Assembly (NCBI RefSeq): GCF_001194135.2
Contig: NC_068981.1
Coordinates: 53,970,650 to 54,034,649 of the forward strand
Reading direction: 5' to 3'
Length of the DNA stretch: 64,000 nucleotides
Source of the DNA: Octopus bimaculoides
Lineage: Eukaryota
The notes under the pieces: generated by a model
The model's database searches: none
Told to the model about the DNA's origin: nothing
The model's input: the letters and a program-made list of their open reading frames with translations, nothing else
Made by a program: the position numbers and the translations under genes
Part shown: positions 1-11,324 of the stretch, piece by piece
Numbering within the stretch: position 1 is the first letter of the stretch
How the letters are laid out: each line of letters begins with the position of its first letter

Positions 1-15
1 GAATGAATATATATA

Positions 16-138
16 TGTGTGTGTGTGTATGTACGTATGTATGTATGTGCGTGTGTATACACACGCACACACACACACACACACATACATACATACATAC
101 ATATATATATATATACGTATACACACACACACACACAT

Positions 139-190
<52 letters not shown>

Positions 191-195
191 GAGAA
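16..195. repeat. Compound microsatellite (TG/TATG/CA/TACA/GA)
   Basis: Directly visible di- and tetranucleotide runs. Confidence 0.95.
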
Positions 196-432
196 ATTAA
201 ATTCAATGGAATAATTGCTCCTGAAATATAATGAAGAAGGATGAATTATAAAAAAATTATTAATCTGTATATTTGCGAACGTGTTTCATGTACTGTCTTC
301 CCTTAAACGACTGTGTGTGGGAAACTAGATGAAGGAAATGACACGAGCACGTCATAAAGAGGCAGAAAAGAAAAGAGAGAAAAAAGATGTGGAAAAAGTT
401 TGGGGGACAATATAAAAATGGGAGAAATATTC

Positions 433-1068
433 TTTTCAACTCTAGGCACAAGGCCAGAAATTTTAGGAGAGGGGACCAGTCGATTAGATCAACCCAGTAT
501 ACAACTGGCACTTAATTTATCGACCCTGAAAAGCAAAGTCGACTTCGGCGGAATTTGAACTCAGAGCATAAAGACAGACGAAATACCGCTAAGCATTTCG
601 CCCGACGTGCTAACGTTTCTTATTTCTTTATTGCTCACAAGGACCTAAACATAGAGGGACAAAAGGATTAAGTCGATTACATCAACCCCAGCGCGTAACT
701 GGTACTTAATTTATCGACCCCGAAAGGATGAAAGGCAAAGTCGACCTCGGCGGAATTTGAACTAAGAACGTAACGGCAGACGAAATACTGCTAAGCATGT
801 CGCCCGGCGTGCTAACGTTTCTGCCAGCTCCCCGTCTTAAGATGGGAGAAATATTGTTTTCTACTCTAGGCACAAGGCCCGCGATTTTTGGAGAGGGGCC
901 AGTCGATTAGATCGACCCAGTTTGCAACTGGTACTTAATTTATTGACACCGAAAATATGAATGACAAATTCGATCGCGGCAGAATTTGAACTCAGAACGT
1001 AAAGACAGACAAAATACCGCTAAGCATTTCGTCCGGCGTGCTAACGTTTCTGTCAGCTCGCTGCCTTC
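433..1068 (-). mobile_element. Tandem array of three SINE family A copies (tRNA-like head, octopus-type)
   Basis: Three reverse-oriented copies of GGCGAGCTGGCAGAAACGTTAGCACGCCGG...GAGTTCAAATTCCGCCGAGGTCGACTTTGCCTTTCATCC...TAAGTACCAG; B-box-like GAGTTCAAATTCC; 17-mer AAGATGGGAGAAATATT at 415, 839 and 1069. Confidence 0.85.
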
Positions 1069-1889
1069 AAGATGGGAGAAATATTAAAAAATGTATGAGC
1101 TATGAGTAGATAAGATAAACGAAATAACAGGAAAGAAAACCTATTCAGTGGGCTTGTTATATACATACATACAAATTCACAGGTACACAAGAAGGTAAAG
1201 CTTGAATAAGAACGATATTCATCCTAAATGTCGCGGCATAAAAATATATGAGAAAATATTGGAAGTACTGTGGAAAACCGAACCAAAAATAAACAACATG
1301 AAACACTTGGTATGTGTTAATTAGAGAATAATCTTTACTGTCTGATACGAATGGATAGAAGAGATGTTTAACTTCAGATTCTTAGTTTTCTCTTATCGAT
1401 ATAATTCATTGGAAAAGTTCAGTGACATATATTAGCTTCTCTTATATTCTGACTACTGATTTGGCTTTGAAGAATAACGTTCCCAGTTGCCGTAATGCCA
1501 ACTAGCTGCGATAGACGTGGACTTTTTTGGAAATAAGATATGTTTGTCTATTTTGAGATCGTCTGAGATTTTATATTATCCAGACGGTTATCTTTACAGT
1601 TTTGTGGGTAATACTCTTAATTTCGTAGCACGTAGGTATGATTTGTAAATTTTTCTTTGAGAAATATAGACTTTAGATTTATTTGAATAAAGAAAAACGA
1701 TCTCAGTTTTATGAATTTAACTTATAAAAAGATAATTTGGCATTAATAAATATCCTTATTAATTTCATAATTTTTTTTTCAGGGAAACTCGACCATGTAA
1801 TATTTATTTATTTTCAGTCTTGCATGATTTTGATAATACTAAAGAAAAACCTTACAAACAATTTAGTTTTGAGGTTTATTCTTTTATTT

Positions 1890-2195
1890 GGTTCGGCCAG
1901 GGGACTGCGGTCATGCTGGGGTATCGCTTTGAAGGATTTTAGACGAATACATAGGCCCCAGTGCCTATTCTTTTGCCGAATAGCTAAGTTAGAAGCACAC
2001 AGACACACACATACACAGATACATATATGACGAGGTTCCACACACTTTCCGTCTATCAAATTTACTCACAATACATTGGTTGTCTAGGGTTTATAATAAA
2101 AATCAAATTGCCAAAGGGGCTACGTAGTGGGACTGAACCTAAAACCATGTAGTTACAAAATGAACTTCTTAACCACACAGCAATGCATGCGCTTA
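1890..2195 (-). mobile_element. Diverged SINE family B copy
   Basis: Similar to the copy at 59776-60140: GACTGCGGTCATGCTGG, TTTCCGTCTATCAAAT, GTAGTGGGACTGAACC, CCACACAGC. Confidence 0.7.
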
Positions 2196-3170
2196 TAAGG
2201 TATAAAAACTAAACATCTTATAATAAGCTTATCTTAAAACAATCTTAGACTTCTAGTCATATAAAAAACATACTTATTCTTTTTTGTTTCGTACTTTTAC
2301 CTTTCATTCATTTATTTTGCTCACTACTTCTTTTATATTCTTTTTTTTTTATTGTTTTCCCTTGTTTTCTGTTATCTGTTTATAATCTCTCATTTTTTAA
2401 ATTTCTTTTCCCCCACCCGCTGCCATATGTCAAGCGTGCATTGCCTACAGGGAAGTAATTATGAATGATGGAAGGATTACACCTTTTACAACGCGGAAAA
2501 AAAAAACAAAAAAAAAAACAAAATAACAAAAACATATTTATGAAACCTGTAATAGCAACAGGTGTAGAATTCCTGTTAATAATACTATCACTGTTCGAAA
2601 ATCTTTTCTAATATTGTATAAGTTGTCGTTGAGGCTGTTATTGTTGTTTTTGTTATTTTTCTTTGAATTGTTATCTTTTTCTAAATCATGTCCTTTGTGA
2701 ACTGAACTTCAACTTTAAAATTATTCAGCGAATGAACGACCATTTAGGTTATTAACATTGAAATTCCAGCATACCCAATACCAACTAACTCCCTGACATA
2801 GCTTTCGTGATGTGCTTACTAAATACGCTTTCCAGACGATCATTAATTGTCTCTTGAGCTAACACACGAATCTCCCTCTGACAGCCCAAAACAAATTAAC
2901 CCAGTGTCCATAAGATTTTTTTTTTCTTCAGAAATGACATTGAAATGACAAGTAATCGATATATTCCTCATCTCTATCTTCTTCCTCATTTCATTAGTTC
3001 AACGAAGATATTTTTGTTTTACTATATAAAACAAAAGTGTTCATTAAAGAAAAATATCAGAAAATGAAAGAAGAGCGATGTAGATTGTTTGAAGCCGTTC
3101 TCTTCTGATGAAGTGCCTTTGTGCCTGAAATATATAAATATTACTGAACTTTCCCTTTTCACATTGTTAG

Positions 3171-3251
3171 AAGCTCCCCATCTTCATAATTACGAAATAT
3201 TTAAAAGTATTTATAAGCGAATTCATTTAGAAGCGGCTTTTCGAAAATATG
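3171..3251 (+). other. Candidate 81-nt internal exon (phase 1-1), (E)APHLHNYEIFKSIYKRIHLEAAFRKY(G)
   Basis: Pyrimidine tract TTTCCCTTTTCACATTGTTAG at the acceptor, donor ATG|GTAAGG, open frame; no homology recognised. Confidence 0.25.
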
Positions 3252-3784
3252 GTAAGGTTGTGAAAATTGTTCTAACATGGTTATATTGTCTTAATCGTAT
3301 TGTCATTATATTTTTAAAATCTACTCCAATTCATTTCTGTTGAGATGCATATACATCATATTATATTTTATGTCTGAATAGAATTTCAGAAATCTAAGTG
3401 TGTATGTGATGCGTGCACGTGTGTGTGTAAGGCGATGAAAATGTTTTCGAACACAGTGAAGCAGAACACTTGTGCGCAGCGCATGATCTATAGGAATACC
3501 GCAAATTTTTGAAGCGAATCGGTAAATGCAAGGATATTAAGAAAACCCAAGTGCTTTTCAATGCACCGCATCAGTGGATGTGTATTCCTTTGAAGCAAGT
3601 ATAATGCATGAAGCCACATCTGTTTAAAAGCAATTTTAGTATCCGATATACATACACGGATACATACATATATGTGTGTGTGTGTGCGTGTTTATGTGTG
3701 TGTTTGGAAATGTGGGTGTGTATATATATATAATGAATATATATGTAAAGTGGACATATAAATATAATGAATATATATATATAA

Positions 3785-3824
<40 letters not shown>

Positions 3825-3826
<2 letters not shown>

Positions 3827-4180
3827 CGCAGGGGTGGCTGTGTGGTAAGTAGCTTGCTTAACAACCACATAGTTCTAGGTTCAGTCCCACTGCGTGGCAC
3901 CTTAGGCAAGTATGTTCTACTATAGCCTCGTGAGTAGATTTGGTAGACGGAAACTGAAAGAAGCCCGTCGTATATATGTATGTATGAGCGTGTATATGTT
4001 TATGTATTTGTGTTTGTCCACCCAACATCGCTTGATAACCGATGCTGTTGTGTTTACTTAGCAGTTCGCCATAATAATTACTAGGCTTACAAAGAATAAA
4101 TCCTGGAGTCGTTTGCTCGACTAAAGGTGGTGCTCCAGCATGGCTGCAATCAAATGACTGAAATAAGTAAAAAAATAAAA
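3825..4180 (+). mobile_element. SINE family B, near full length
   Basis: tRNA-like head GGCGCAGGGGTGGCTGTGTGGTAAG...GGTTCAGTCCCACTGCG, internal (TA/TG) tract, tail GGTGGTGCTCCAGCATGGCTGCAATCAAATGACTG. Confidence 0.85.
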
Positions 4181-4443
4181 GAATATATATATNNNNNNNN
4201 NNNNNNNNNNNNNNNNNNNNNNNNNNNNNNNNNNNNNNNNNNNNNNNNNNNNNNNNNNNNNNNNNNNNNNNNNNNNNNNNNNNNNNNNNNNNNNNNNNNN
4301 NNNNNNNNNNNNNNNNNNNNNNNNNNNNNNNNNNNNNNNNNNNNNNNNNNNNNNNNNNNNNNNNNNNNNNNNNNNNNNNNNNNNNNNNNNNNNNNNNNNN
4401 NNNNTATATATATATATATATATTGATCCATGTTTACCCAACT

Positions 4444-5056
4444 CTTTGACAACAGCAGTAGAACAAGACAGTGATTAGATGTAGGAGAGTCACCTAAACA
4501 CTGCCCAAACCCACCATTGCACCCTAGAAAGTTAGTGGTCACTGTATGGTGATCTGCGAAGGGAGTTATTCATTATTCATTTTTGTAACAAGGCAAAACG
4601 GTAACAGCAGCATCGTATTGCCCGGAAATTGATTGTATGCGTGAGGATTTGAAAAAGAAGCAACCTAGACTAGTGAATAGAGATGGCGCAATTTTGCTTC
4701 GCGACAATGCACGTTCTCACACTTCTCAAGTGCGGTCCAAAAGTTGCAAAGCCTGAATTATGAGATTTTGCAACATCATCCTTATTCCCCTGATCTCTCA
4801 CCTACTGATCATCACTTATTTAAGCAGTTTGCGCTTTTCATAAGTAATATAACATTCTTAAATAGAGGAGAGGTAATTGAAGCATTCGGACAGTTTATCA
4901 CGACAAAAGATGAATTTTTTTTTAAAGATGGAATATATGACATAGAGAAAAGTTGGGTAAACATGGATCATACTTTGATTACATATATCATTTCTCTAAA
5001 ACTTCTGAAACATTTTACTATTATCTTTCAAATATATTTCTTGTGAAACAGTCTAA
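4444..5056 (+). mobile_element. Mariner (Hsmar1/cecropia-like) transposase 3' half, decayed, with probable right end
   Basis: Translation with stops gives FDN..RQ*LD.GESPKH...LHPRKLVVTVW*SAKGVIHYSFL...ILLRDNAR...YSPDLSPTDHHLF...GSYFD; ends ...CAGTCTAA|TA. Confidence 0.85.
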
Positions 5057-5057
5057 T

Positions 5058-5058
<1 letters not shown>

Positions 5059-5098
<40 letters not shown>

Positions 5099-5117
5099 AA
5101 TAATAATAATAATAATA
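5059..5117. repeat. (TGA)n(TAA)n microsatellite
   Basis: Directly visible. Confidence 0.95.
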
Positions 5118-5564
5118 AAGGGTATAATCATTAATAATTTTACCAGGTGGTCAGCGCGAAAATAAAAACCTCAAAGGTAAATTTTACAAAATATTTTATA
5201 ATTATATACGTAATTATAACAAGGGATTGGCTTTACGCCTCACCACGCACTGTAGAAATAAACGCCAAATGCCCTATTACCACCTTAAAATCTCCGAGAA
5301 TAACACACTACACTGTAGGCGAGCAGAAGAAAAATAATGAATCAACAACGTTTCGGGTAACCGCGTACAAAATCCTGTTTCAAGCTTAAAGTAAAGAAAT
5401 ATTACCCACTGCTCTCATCAGCGACGGTATTCCATAGCCTAAATTTACGAGTATCTCAAAATATGCATGCGAGCTGCGACGTCGCATAACCAATATACAT
5501 CCACACTCGTAGAAATATACTACAAAGAAGAATTCACATCTTTCTTTTATGAAGGAAGCCTGTC

Positions 5565-5800
<236 letters not shown>

Positions 5801-7054
5801 AAAAGCATTCAAACAATATCAGTACGGAATAACTATTATGCAGTTACTCTTACAAACTGTTTTTAGTCCGAAATTTCAAGACAAAAAAGGAAATCTTCCG
5901 CACTACATCTGATCTACCACATCGTTGGGCGCATATTAGTTTAAGTTGGCGTGCGTTAATGCATCGGACAAAATGCTCAGAACTGTAAACTAGTAATATA
6001 GTTTCGTTCACTGAAAAATTACTCTTTATTCAAGAGTACAGCATAATTGATAAGCTTCACACTCAGCATGAAGCTACAGTTTTAAAGCCAATATTTTATT
6101 ATTTTACTCGTCAACAAAATTTTCTTCTGGTATTTCTGTCAAAACTGAATTTGGTTCAGATAAATATTTATCTAAGTAACTTCCTAACATATTGGTTTCT
6201 TTACATCCCAGATCTAACTTATTTGTCGTTACTTCAGAGAAAAAATGCGACTCTGTTTCTTAATTTTATCATCCTCGCTTATCACCTTGTTAATCAAATA
6301 GGTTTGATTCACATAGTGAAACACACTAATCAGTCTGGACGTATAAACTAACGAAAAAACCAGCCCGCCAAACAACCAGCCTGACAGCTAACTAAATAAT
6401 TAGCCAGCAAGCCAACACGAAGATACTGTTTTACTTTAAACAACTCCACGGACGACGAGGCGGTGCCGCCACCATTACAAACAATTCTATCGTTACCATC
6501 CTCCAAATACCGCCAATCAAACTAACAGTTGCCGTCGTCGCTTCACTACCTCTGTACCCCACCTCTCTCTTCTTTGCTTCCTCTCCTTCTTCACTCTATC
6601 ACCATAGTCAGCGACGCTTCCGCCAACATTAATATCTTTGATGCAGTGGAATCTGTTTGAAACCGATGCCGAAGCGGCTTGGTTCATATTACTTATGATG
6701 TGCTGATGATAATCTTTGTTGAAATTCAAGCGGGTCCCTCTGCTCCTTTGATTAATGTCGAAGCGGGTGGTTCAATCCTGCCTCTATTAGTAACACTATA
6801 CGCACGTATTAACGCACGTGCATCGGACTTCATAAAAGAAGCTTTGATTTGGATTGTAACATTTAACATTGTTTAAACAAGCATCCAGTAACGAATATCC
6901 TCGTTACCAGCCAATTTGAACTCGACGTCCTTTAGCTAGGAATACCAACTTGTGTGCAAGTCGACTATTCAGCTTATTAGTAGTTTGACTATTTGATAGA
7001 AACTACACTAGCTTAGTACTATTGATTCCCCAAGGTCCTTTACTTCTATCATCT

Positions 7055-7425
7055 TTACGTAAGTCATTTGACTGCGGGCATGCTGGAGCACCACCTTTAG
7101 TCGAGCAAATCGACTCCAGGACTTATTCTTTGTAAGCCTAGTACTTATTCTATCGGTCGCTTTTTGTCGAACCGCCAAGTTACGGTGACGTAAACACACC
7201 ACCATCGGATGTCAAGCGATATTGGAGGGGGGGGGGACACAAACACAGACACACAAACACAAACACAAACGCACAAACACACACATATATATACATATAT
7301 ACGACGGGCGTCTTTTAGTTTCCGTTTACCAAATCCACTCACAGGGCTTTGGTCGGCCCGAGGCTATAGTANNNNNNNNNNNNNNNNNCATGTGGCTGGT
7401 AAGTAAGCTACCTACCACATGTGCC
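7055..7425 (-). mobile_element. SINE family B copy with a small internal gap
   Basis: High similarity to 59776-60140. Confidence 0.85.
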
Positions 7426-7462
7426 TATTCATTCTTTAAATGCACTTAAACAGATATTCTTA

Positions 7463-7620
7463 TATTGGTTTCAAATTTTGGCACAAGGGAAGGACTCCAG
7501 TAATCAACTGGTACTTGTTTCATCGATCCGAGAGGATGAAAGGCAAAGTCGATCTTGGCAGAATTTGAACTATAAACGTAGAGACTGATGAACTGCCGAC
7601 AAGCATTTTGTCAGCTCGAC
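7463..7620 (-). mobile_element. SINE family A copy
   Basis: GGATGAAAGGCAAAGTCGATCTTGGCAGAATTTGAACT core. Confidence 0.8.
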
Positions 7621-7661
7621 GCATTAACAGAAATTCTTATAATAACGTGAGTAGTGTATAC

Positions 7662-7880
7662 GGTGACCGGTAATAAAGTCACAGGAAAAAAAGTCACAGT
7701 AATAAAGTCACAATTTTGGCTAGAAAAAAAAAGTCACAATTAATTTCTGGTGGCCGGTAATAAAGTCACAGGAAAAAATTCACAATTAATTTATGGGATC
7801 CGGACAAAACCCCCCTAGGACAAAACCTCTTCAGATACCCCCCGGGACAAAATATCTGTGACTTTTTTTTACTTGGATTC
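7662..7880. mobile_element. Small non-autonomous DNA element (Mutator-like?) with internal AAAGTCACA and GGACAAAA repeats
   Basis: 8-bp direct repeat GTGTATAC at 7654-7661 and 7881-7888; imperfect inverted ends sharing AAAGTCACAG. Confidence 0.6.
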
Positions 7881-7944
7881 GTGTATACATACAAACATAC
7901 AGAGGTTTGAACTAGTAAAAGTTTGTGCGTGTGTAGTTTCGAAT

Positions 7945-8410
7945 TTTGGTTGAAGGTAAGCAATTTTGACGGGAGATGGTTACATCGACACTAGTTCATT
8001 AGCTTATTTTATCAAGCTCGAGAAGATGAACGGCAAAGTCGAAATCGGCGGCATTTGAACTTAGAACATACCGAATCTGAAGAAATGCAGCTAAGCATTT
8101 CCCGACGCGCCAACCTTTCTGCCACCTCACCTTTTTTTTATGCTTTCAAATTTTGGAACACGATCACCAATTTTAGTGGGAGGAGATCAGACCGATGTAT
8201 GTATTGAGGTCGATTATATTAACTCCAGTATAAAATACTAATCAAAGACCTGGGTTCGATCATAATCGACTCTAGTACTTGACTGGTGTTTTATCTTATC
8301 GACCGTAGAGGGATAAAAGTAAAAAATGACTCTGCCGGAATTTGAAGTCAGAAGGTAATGCAGCTGAAGAAGTTCCGTAAAGCATGTTGTCCGGCACTAA
8401 TGATTCTACC
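7945..8410 (-). mobile_element. Two tandem diverged SINE family A copies
   Basis: GATGAACGGCAAAGTCGAAATCGGCGGCATTTGAACT and a second GGAATTTGAAGTCAGAAG core. Confidence 0.75.
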
Positions 8411-8895
8411 CAGTTTCTCCCCGGGCTCACATATATAGTTTGTGCTTTACATCTTTCTCTCTTTACATACACTCGGATACAGTATCTTATAGAATTATAT
8501 GACTGTCCACATGTTGCGTTTATAAGCAGTGGAATGATACATTGAATAAAACTGCATGTAATGATAATTAAAAAAAACAACATAATTCTAAATAATTCCA
8601 TTAAAAACGAGAAACGAAAAACAATGCAATTTATGTGTTGTGTGTGTGTGTGTGTGTGTGTGTTCGCGCGCGCTAAGGAGAGAGAGTCTATATATAGGGA
8701 GTTGATGACGGGATTTATGTTTCATATGCTTGCTTGTGAATATTTTCTATTTTGAGGTTTCGTTATTCTGAGTTGTACATTCTTGTGATGCTGAATATGT
8801 TTTAGGGGTCATGCTTCATGGTGCTTACATATAATTGACATCGCATGATTGTCTACATTGATAGCCTTATTATGCTAGGGTAATACTTAATGATT

Positions 8896-9558
8896 GGATC
8901 TATTTCAAAACGGGGGCACCAGTATTTTCTTAACTAAACACTAACGAAACACTTTGAAACTTGGGACACTAGTAGAATGTGTCATATAAAACATCTTTTA
9001 CTCTTAGTGTTCTTAACAAAAAAAAACGTACATCGCAAGTTATTCCATATTAAAGTTGTCGTATTTCTGTAATTTCAACCAATCACTGACGTCTATTCAG
9101 CTGAATAGAGTTACTGCTGGGCGGTCATAAAAATGTTATTCCCTGTGACATATTTCATCCGGTTTAATCGTAATTTATACGCATATATTGTTTATATAAT
9201 AAATTACGCTGTGCGTATCTATGTGTGTAACAATTTTAGAGTTCAGATTCTAGAGTTAGGGTTAGTTTTAGGGTTAGGGTTAGGGTTAACAGTCTAGTTA
9301 GGGTTAGGGTTAGGGTTAGGGGATTAATACGATATACACCGTTACAGCGCTAACTGTTTTCAACTGAATAGACGTCAGTGATTAGTAGAAATTATCGAAA
9401 TAAGACAATTTTTTACATGAAATAAATTCGAATACAAATTTTTTTTTCTGTTCTATAACACTAAATAGATAAGTATACGAAGTTTGAAAGTCTTTCGGTA
9501 CCAAAAACACTACGTAAAACATTAATGAAAACTGGTGCCCCCGTTTTGAAATAGATCC
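8896..9558. mobile_element. Complete 663-bp MITE with 28-bp perfect TIRs, 8-bp TSD and internal (TTAGGG)n; Merlin-like termini
   Basis: GGATCTATTTCAAAACGGGGGCACCAGT at 8896-8923 and its exact reverse complement at 9531-9558; TAATGATT at 8888-8895 and 9559-9566; eight perfect TTAGGG units in 9256-9321. Confidence 0.9.
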
Positions 9559-10329
9559 TAATGATTTCTAGTTTTCGGAGGTTTTACATATTAGGTATAT
9601 AAAACATAAATGCGAATTTGCAACAATACCTAGATTACATATTCCACGGCTACCCCCCCAAAAAAAACAAAGTATGCACACACACGCACGCTCGTAAGCA
9701 TGCACACACACTCACACGATATGATAGACACAATATCTTGTTTATATAATTTGTTTCCTACGTACGTTTCACCATTGTTGTTATTTGCATTCTCTCCAGC
9801 TAGTGTTCCAACTGCAGTTGGATGCTGAATTACGGTAGTTCGTCAAGAGAACTGGAAGTAGTCTCTACATAAAGCTCTAAACTCGCCAGTAGCATTCGTA
9901 CATCTAACTGTTCACACAAGAAAATGCCATGTCCGTGTGTGTGCGCATGTGTATGTGTGTGCGTGTATGTGTGAGCGTGTGTATACATGTGTGTGCGTGT
10001 GTGTGTGTGTGCGCGCACTCACACATCACATATTTGTACCCTCATGCACATAGTAGAGACTATACTAACATAATACATACTATAACTGAGACATTTTCTC
10101 TGTCAACTTCGCTGTGAAGATATCGGTAACCCAGTTTTCCGTTCATTTGTTTCCTTGCGTTTCTTTACTTCCGCTACCAATGTTTTGTTTATATTTTCCC
10201 TCCTCTCCGCTATAAAAGCCGAGCACCAACAAACAAAACAAAACAAAACAAAATCTGAAAAATATAAAATGAAGGAAAAGTATTTTAAACAAAATATTCG
10301 GACCTTTGATAAGATCACTATCTGGAAGA

Positions 10330-10538
10330 TGAATGATATTAATGAACGGAAATTTTTTTTCTCTCATTCGAAATGAAAATAAAAAATCGAAGGAAAGAAA
10401 AAGAAGGAATAAACGGGGGGGGNNNNNNNNNNAGATGGAATAGCTTGATAGCAGAAGAGTAAGAAGGTATATGGCGGGCACAGAGAGAACGAAATAGAAT
10501 GTGGGGCACACAGAATGAAAAGGAATGAGAGAGAGGGA

Positions 10539-10579
<41 letters not shown>

Positions 10580-11030
10580 GTGAGGGAAAGGAAATGAGGA
10601 ACAGATAGAGGCGTATTCATACTAAGCATGAATGAAAATAGGTAGGGTATTTTATAGTGAGCAAAGGGGAAAAAACGGGAGTGAACTAAATAGAAAGTCA
10701 GGCAGGAATAGAAAGGAAATTGTATGAAAGCGAAAGAAAATATAAAAATTGAGGATTGGGAAGACGGAAAGAAGAGACGATAGAGAAAAGCGGAGAAAAA
10801 AAAAATTAATAAAGCAACAAAATTATAAGCAAAGAAAAGAATGAAAAAAAGGAAAATAGAGAAAGGGGTGGTTAGAAAAGACTGAGAATCAAACGTGAGG
10901 AAAGGAATGTATGAAAAGAAAAGACAAAAGGCTAGAGACGAGATAAAAGGGAAAGGAAATAGAAGCAAGGTGAGAAGAAACTGAAACTGAAAACAGATGA
11001 GATGAAGGAGGAACAAAAGAGGTGTGTGTG
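10330..11030. repeat. Purine-rich low-complexity tract with (GA)n
   Basis: Strong A/G bias on the + strand. Confidence 0.8.
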
Positions 11031-11177
11031 TGTGTGTGTGTACAAAGCATGCAAATAATTTGGTTGATGTGGTAGCTTTCCGAATTCAATCAGTTACCTT
11101 ACTCCACAAATCTTTGGAGTTACTGTCAACAAAATTTTAACATTCGATTTTACTGAGCCCTTTAAGGCAGAGATCTA

Positions 11178-11324
11178 TCAAAAGTCTGTAGTAACTGAAT
11201 TAGACTTATTATTTCGGTTTCTCTGTCGATCTTCCTCGTCAGTGAAATCATAAGGATTGATTGAAGTCGAATTTTGCGTGTAATATAAAGGTTTTCATTC
11301 GAAAAAATAAAATCCGCGTAGTAG
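11178..11324 (-). other. Candidate terminal coding exon; needs a 1-bp correction or stop recoding
   Basis: Acceptor T13-CCCCAG; downstream frame PLYYTQNSTSINPYDFTDEEDRQRNRNNKSNSVTTDF then TGA TAG; frame is broken near 11290-11297. Confidence 0.2.

Noticed and set aside
6517-6830. Short minus-strand ORFs in the GC-richer unique region
   Set aside because: Interrupted by stops, no splice support and no recognisable product.
9256-9321. True telomere or chromosome-fusion scar
   Set aside because: The arrays are short, single-orientation and internal to a TIR element with a TSD.
10339-11016. 225-aa hydrophobic ORF on the minus strand
   Set aside because: It is the translation of a pyrimidine-rich low-complexity strand, spans Ns and has no protein features.
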